From Minisyncoccia bacterium (GTDB taxonomy: Bacteria > Patescibacteriota > Minisyncoccia > Phycocordibacterales > UBA9973), in assembly GCA_038244685.1 (NCBI GenBank), contig JBBRTD010000001.1, positions 67,009 to 131,008 on the forward strand: DNA of 64,000 nucleotides, in the 5' to 3' direction. Shown here one piece after another: positions 63,962-64,000 of this stretch; position 1 is the first letter of the stretch; every line of letters begins with the position of its first letter. Made by a program: the position numbers and the translations under genes. A model generated the notes under the pieces. The model ran no database searches and was not told where the DNA came from. It saw nothing but the letters and a program-made list of their open reading frames with translations.

Positions 63962-64000
63962 ACAAAAGCTACACCTGCAAATAGAACACTAAATTCTAAA

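Overview
This is a compact, low-GC (by eye roughly 30% G+C) bacterial chromosomal segment. It reads as standard genetic code, has mostly minus-strand genes and short intergenic gaps, and uses long perfect-palindrome bidirectional terminators. Features that fit a Firmicutes-like or Patescibacteria-like Gram-positive-type organism: a T-box leader, PadR/PspC and DUF5667-type anti-sigma modules, a type IV pilin, and weak Shine-Dalgarno sequences.

Content from 5' to 3':
- A 5'-truncated ileS on the minus strand that the ORF track missed because it runs off the window. It sits behind a T-box leader.
- argS.
- A co-localised dTMP-synthesis and nucleotide-sanitation cluster: dut, two Nudix genes, tmk, glyA, thyA-folA, a MazG-like gene and a dCMP deaminase.
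- A CPBP protease and an S9 peptidase.
- ECF sigma factor #1 with a putative anti-sigma factor, DUF5666-like proteins and a MacAB/HlyD efflux operon.
- A PduO-type adenosyltransferase, three tandem small paralogous proteins, pyrD, and a cupin/META-domain gene pair.
- zwf-pgl, a nitroreductase and ECF sigma factor #2.
- An envelope and lipid cluster: a CDF transporter, a DedA protein, a GT4 glycosyltransferase, an alpha/beta hydrolase, a PAP2 phosphatase and an unannotated rubredoxin.
- ECF sigma factor #3 with a DUF5667-type anti-sigma factor, divergent from a PKD/FN3 surface protein.
- A GH26-like hydrolase, a type IV pilin, a SIMPL protein, an ABC-2 exporter, a second CPBP protease, and a PadR plus PspC/DUF4097 pair.
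- An accessory stretch (about 48.3-57.7 kb) of small nucleotide-hydrolase-like genes, an ANT(2'')-like nucleotidyltransferase, and a repeat-bounded islet next to tRNA-Gln. The islet contains a GC-rich gene, a zinc-ribbon protein triplet and a nucleotidyltransferase-DUF559 fusion.
- pyrG, ftsEX, prfB, a CysK-like PLP enzyme and tRNA-Thr.

The most unusual observation is that the isoleucyl-tRNA synthetase carries a complete histidine-phosphatase (PGAM-like) domain inserted in-frame into its catalytic core. A free-standing paralogue of that domain is encoded elsewhere in the window. Other notable items are a dispersed ~55-nt hairpin repeat family (four copies, one abutting tRNA-Thr) and a tRNA-Gln 3'-end-derived direct-repeat system with a degenerate tRNA-like element.
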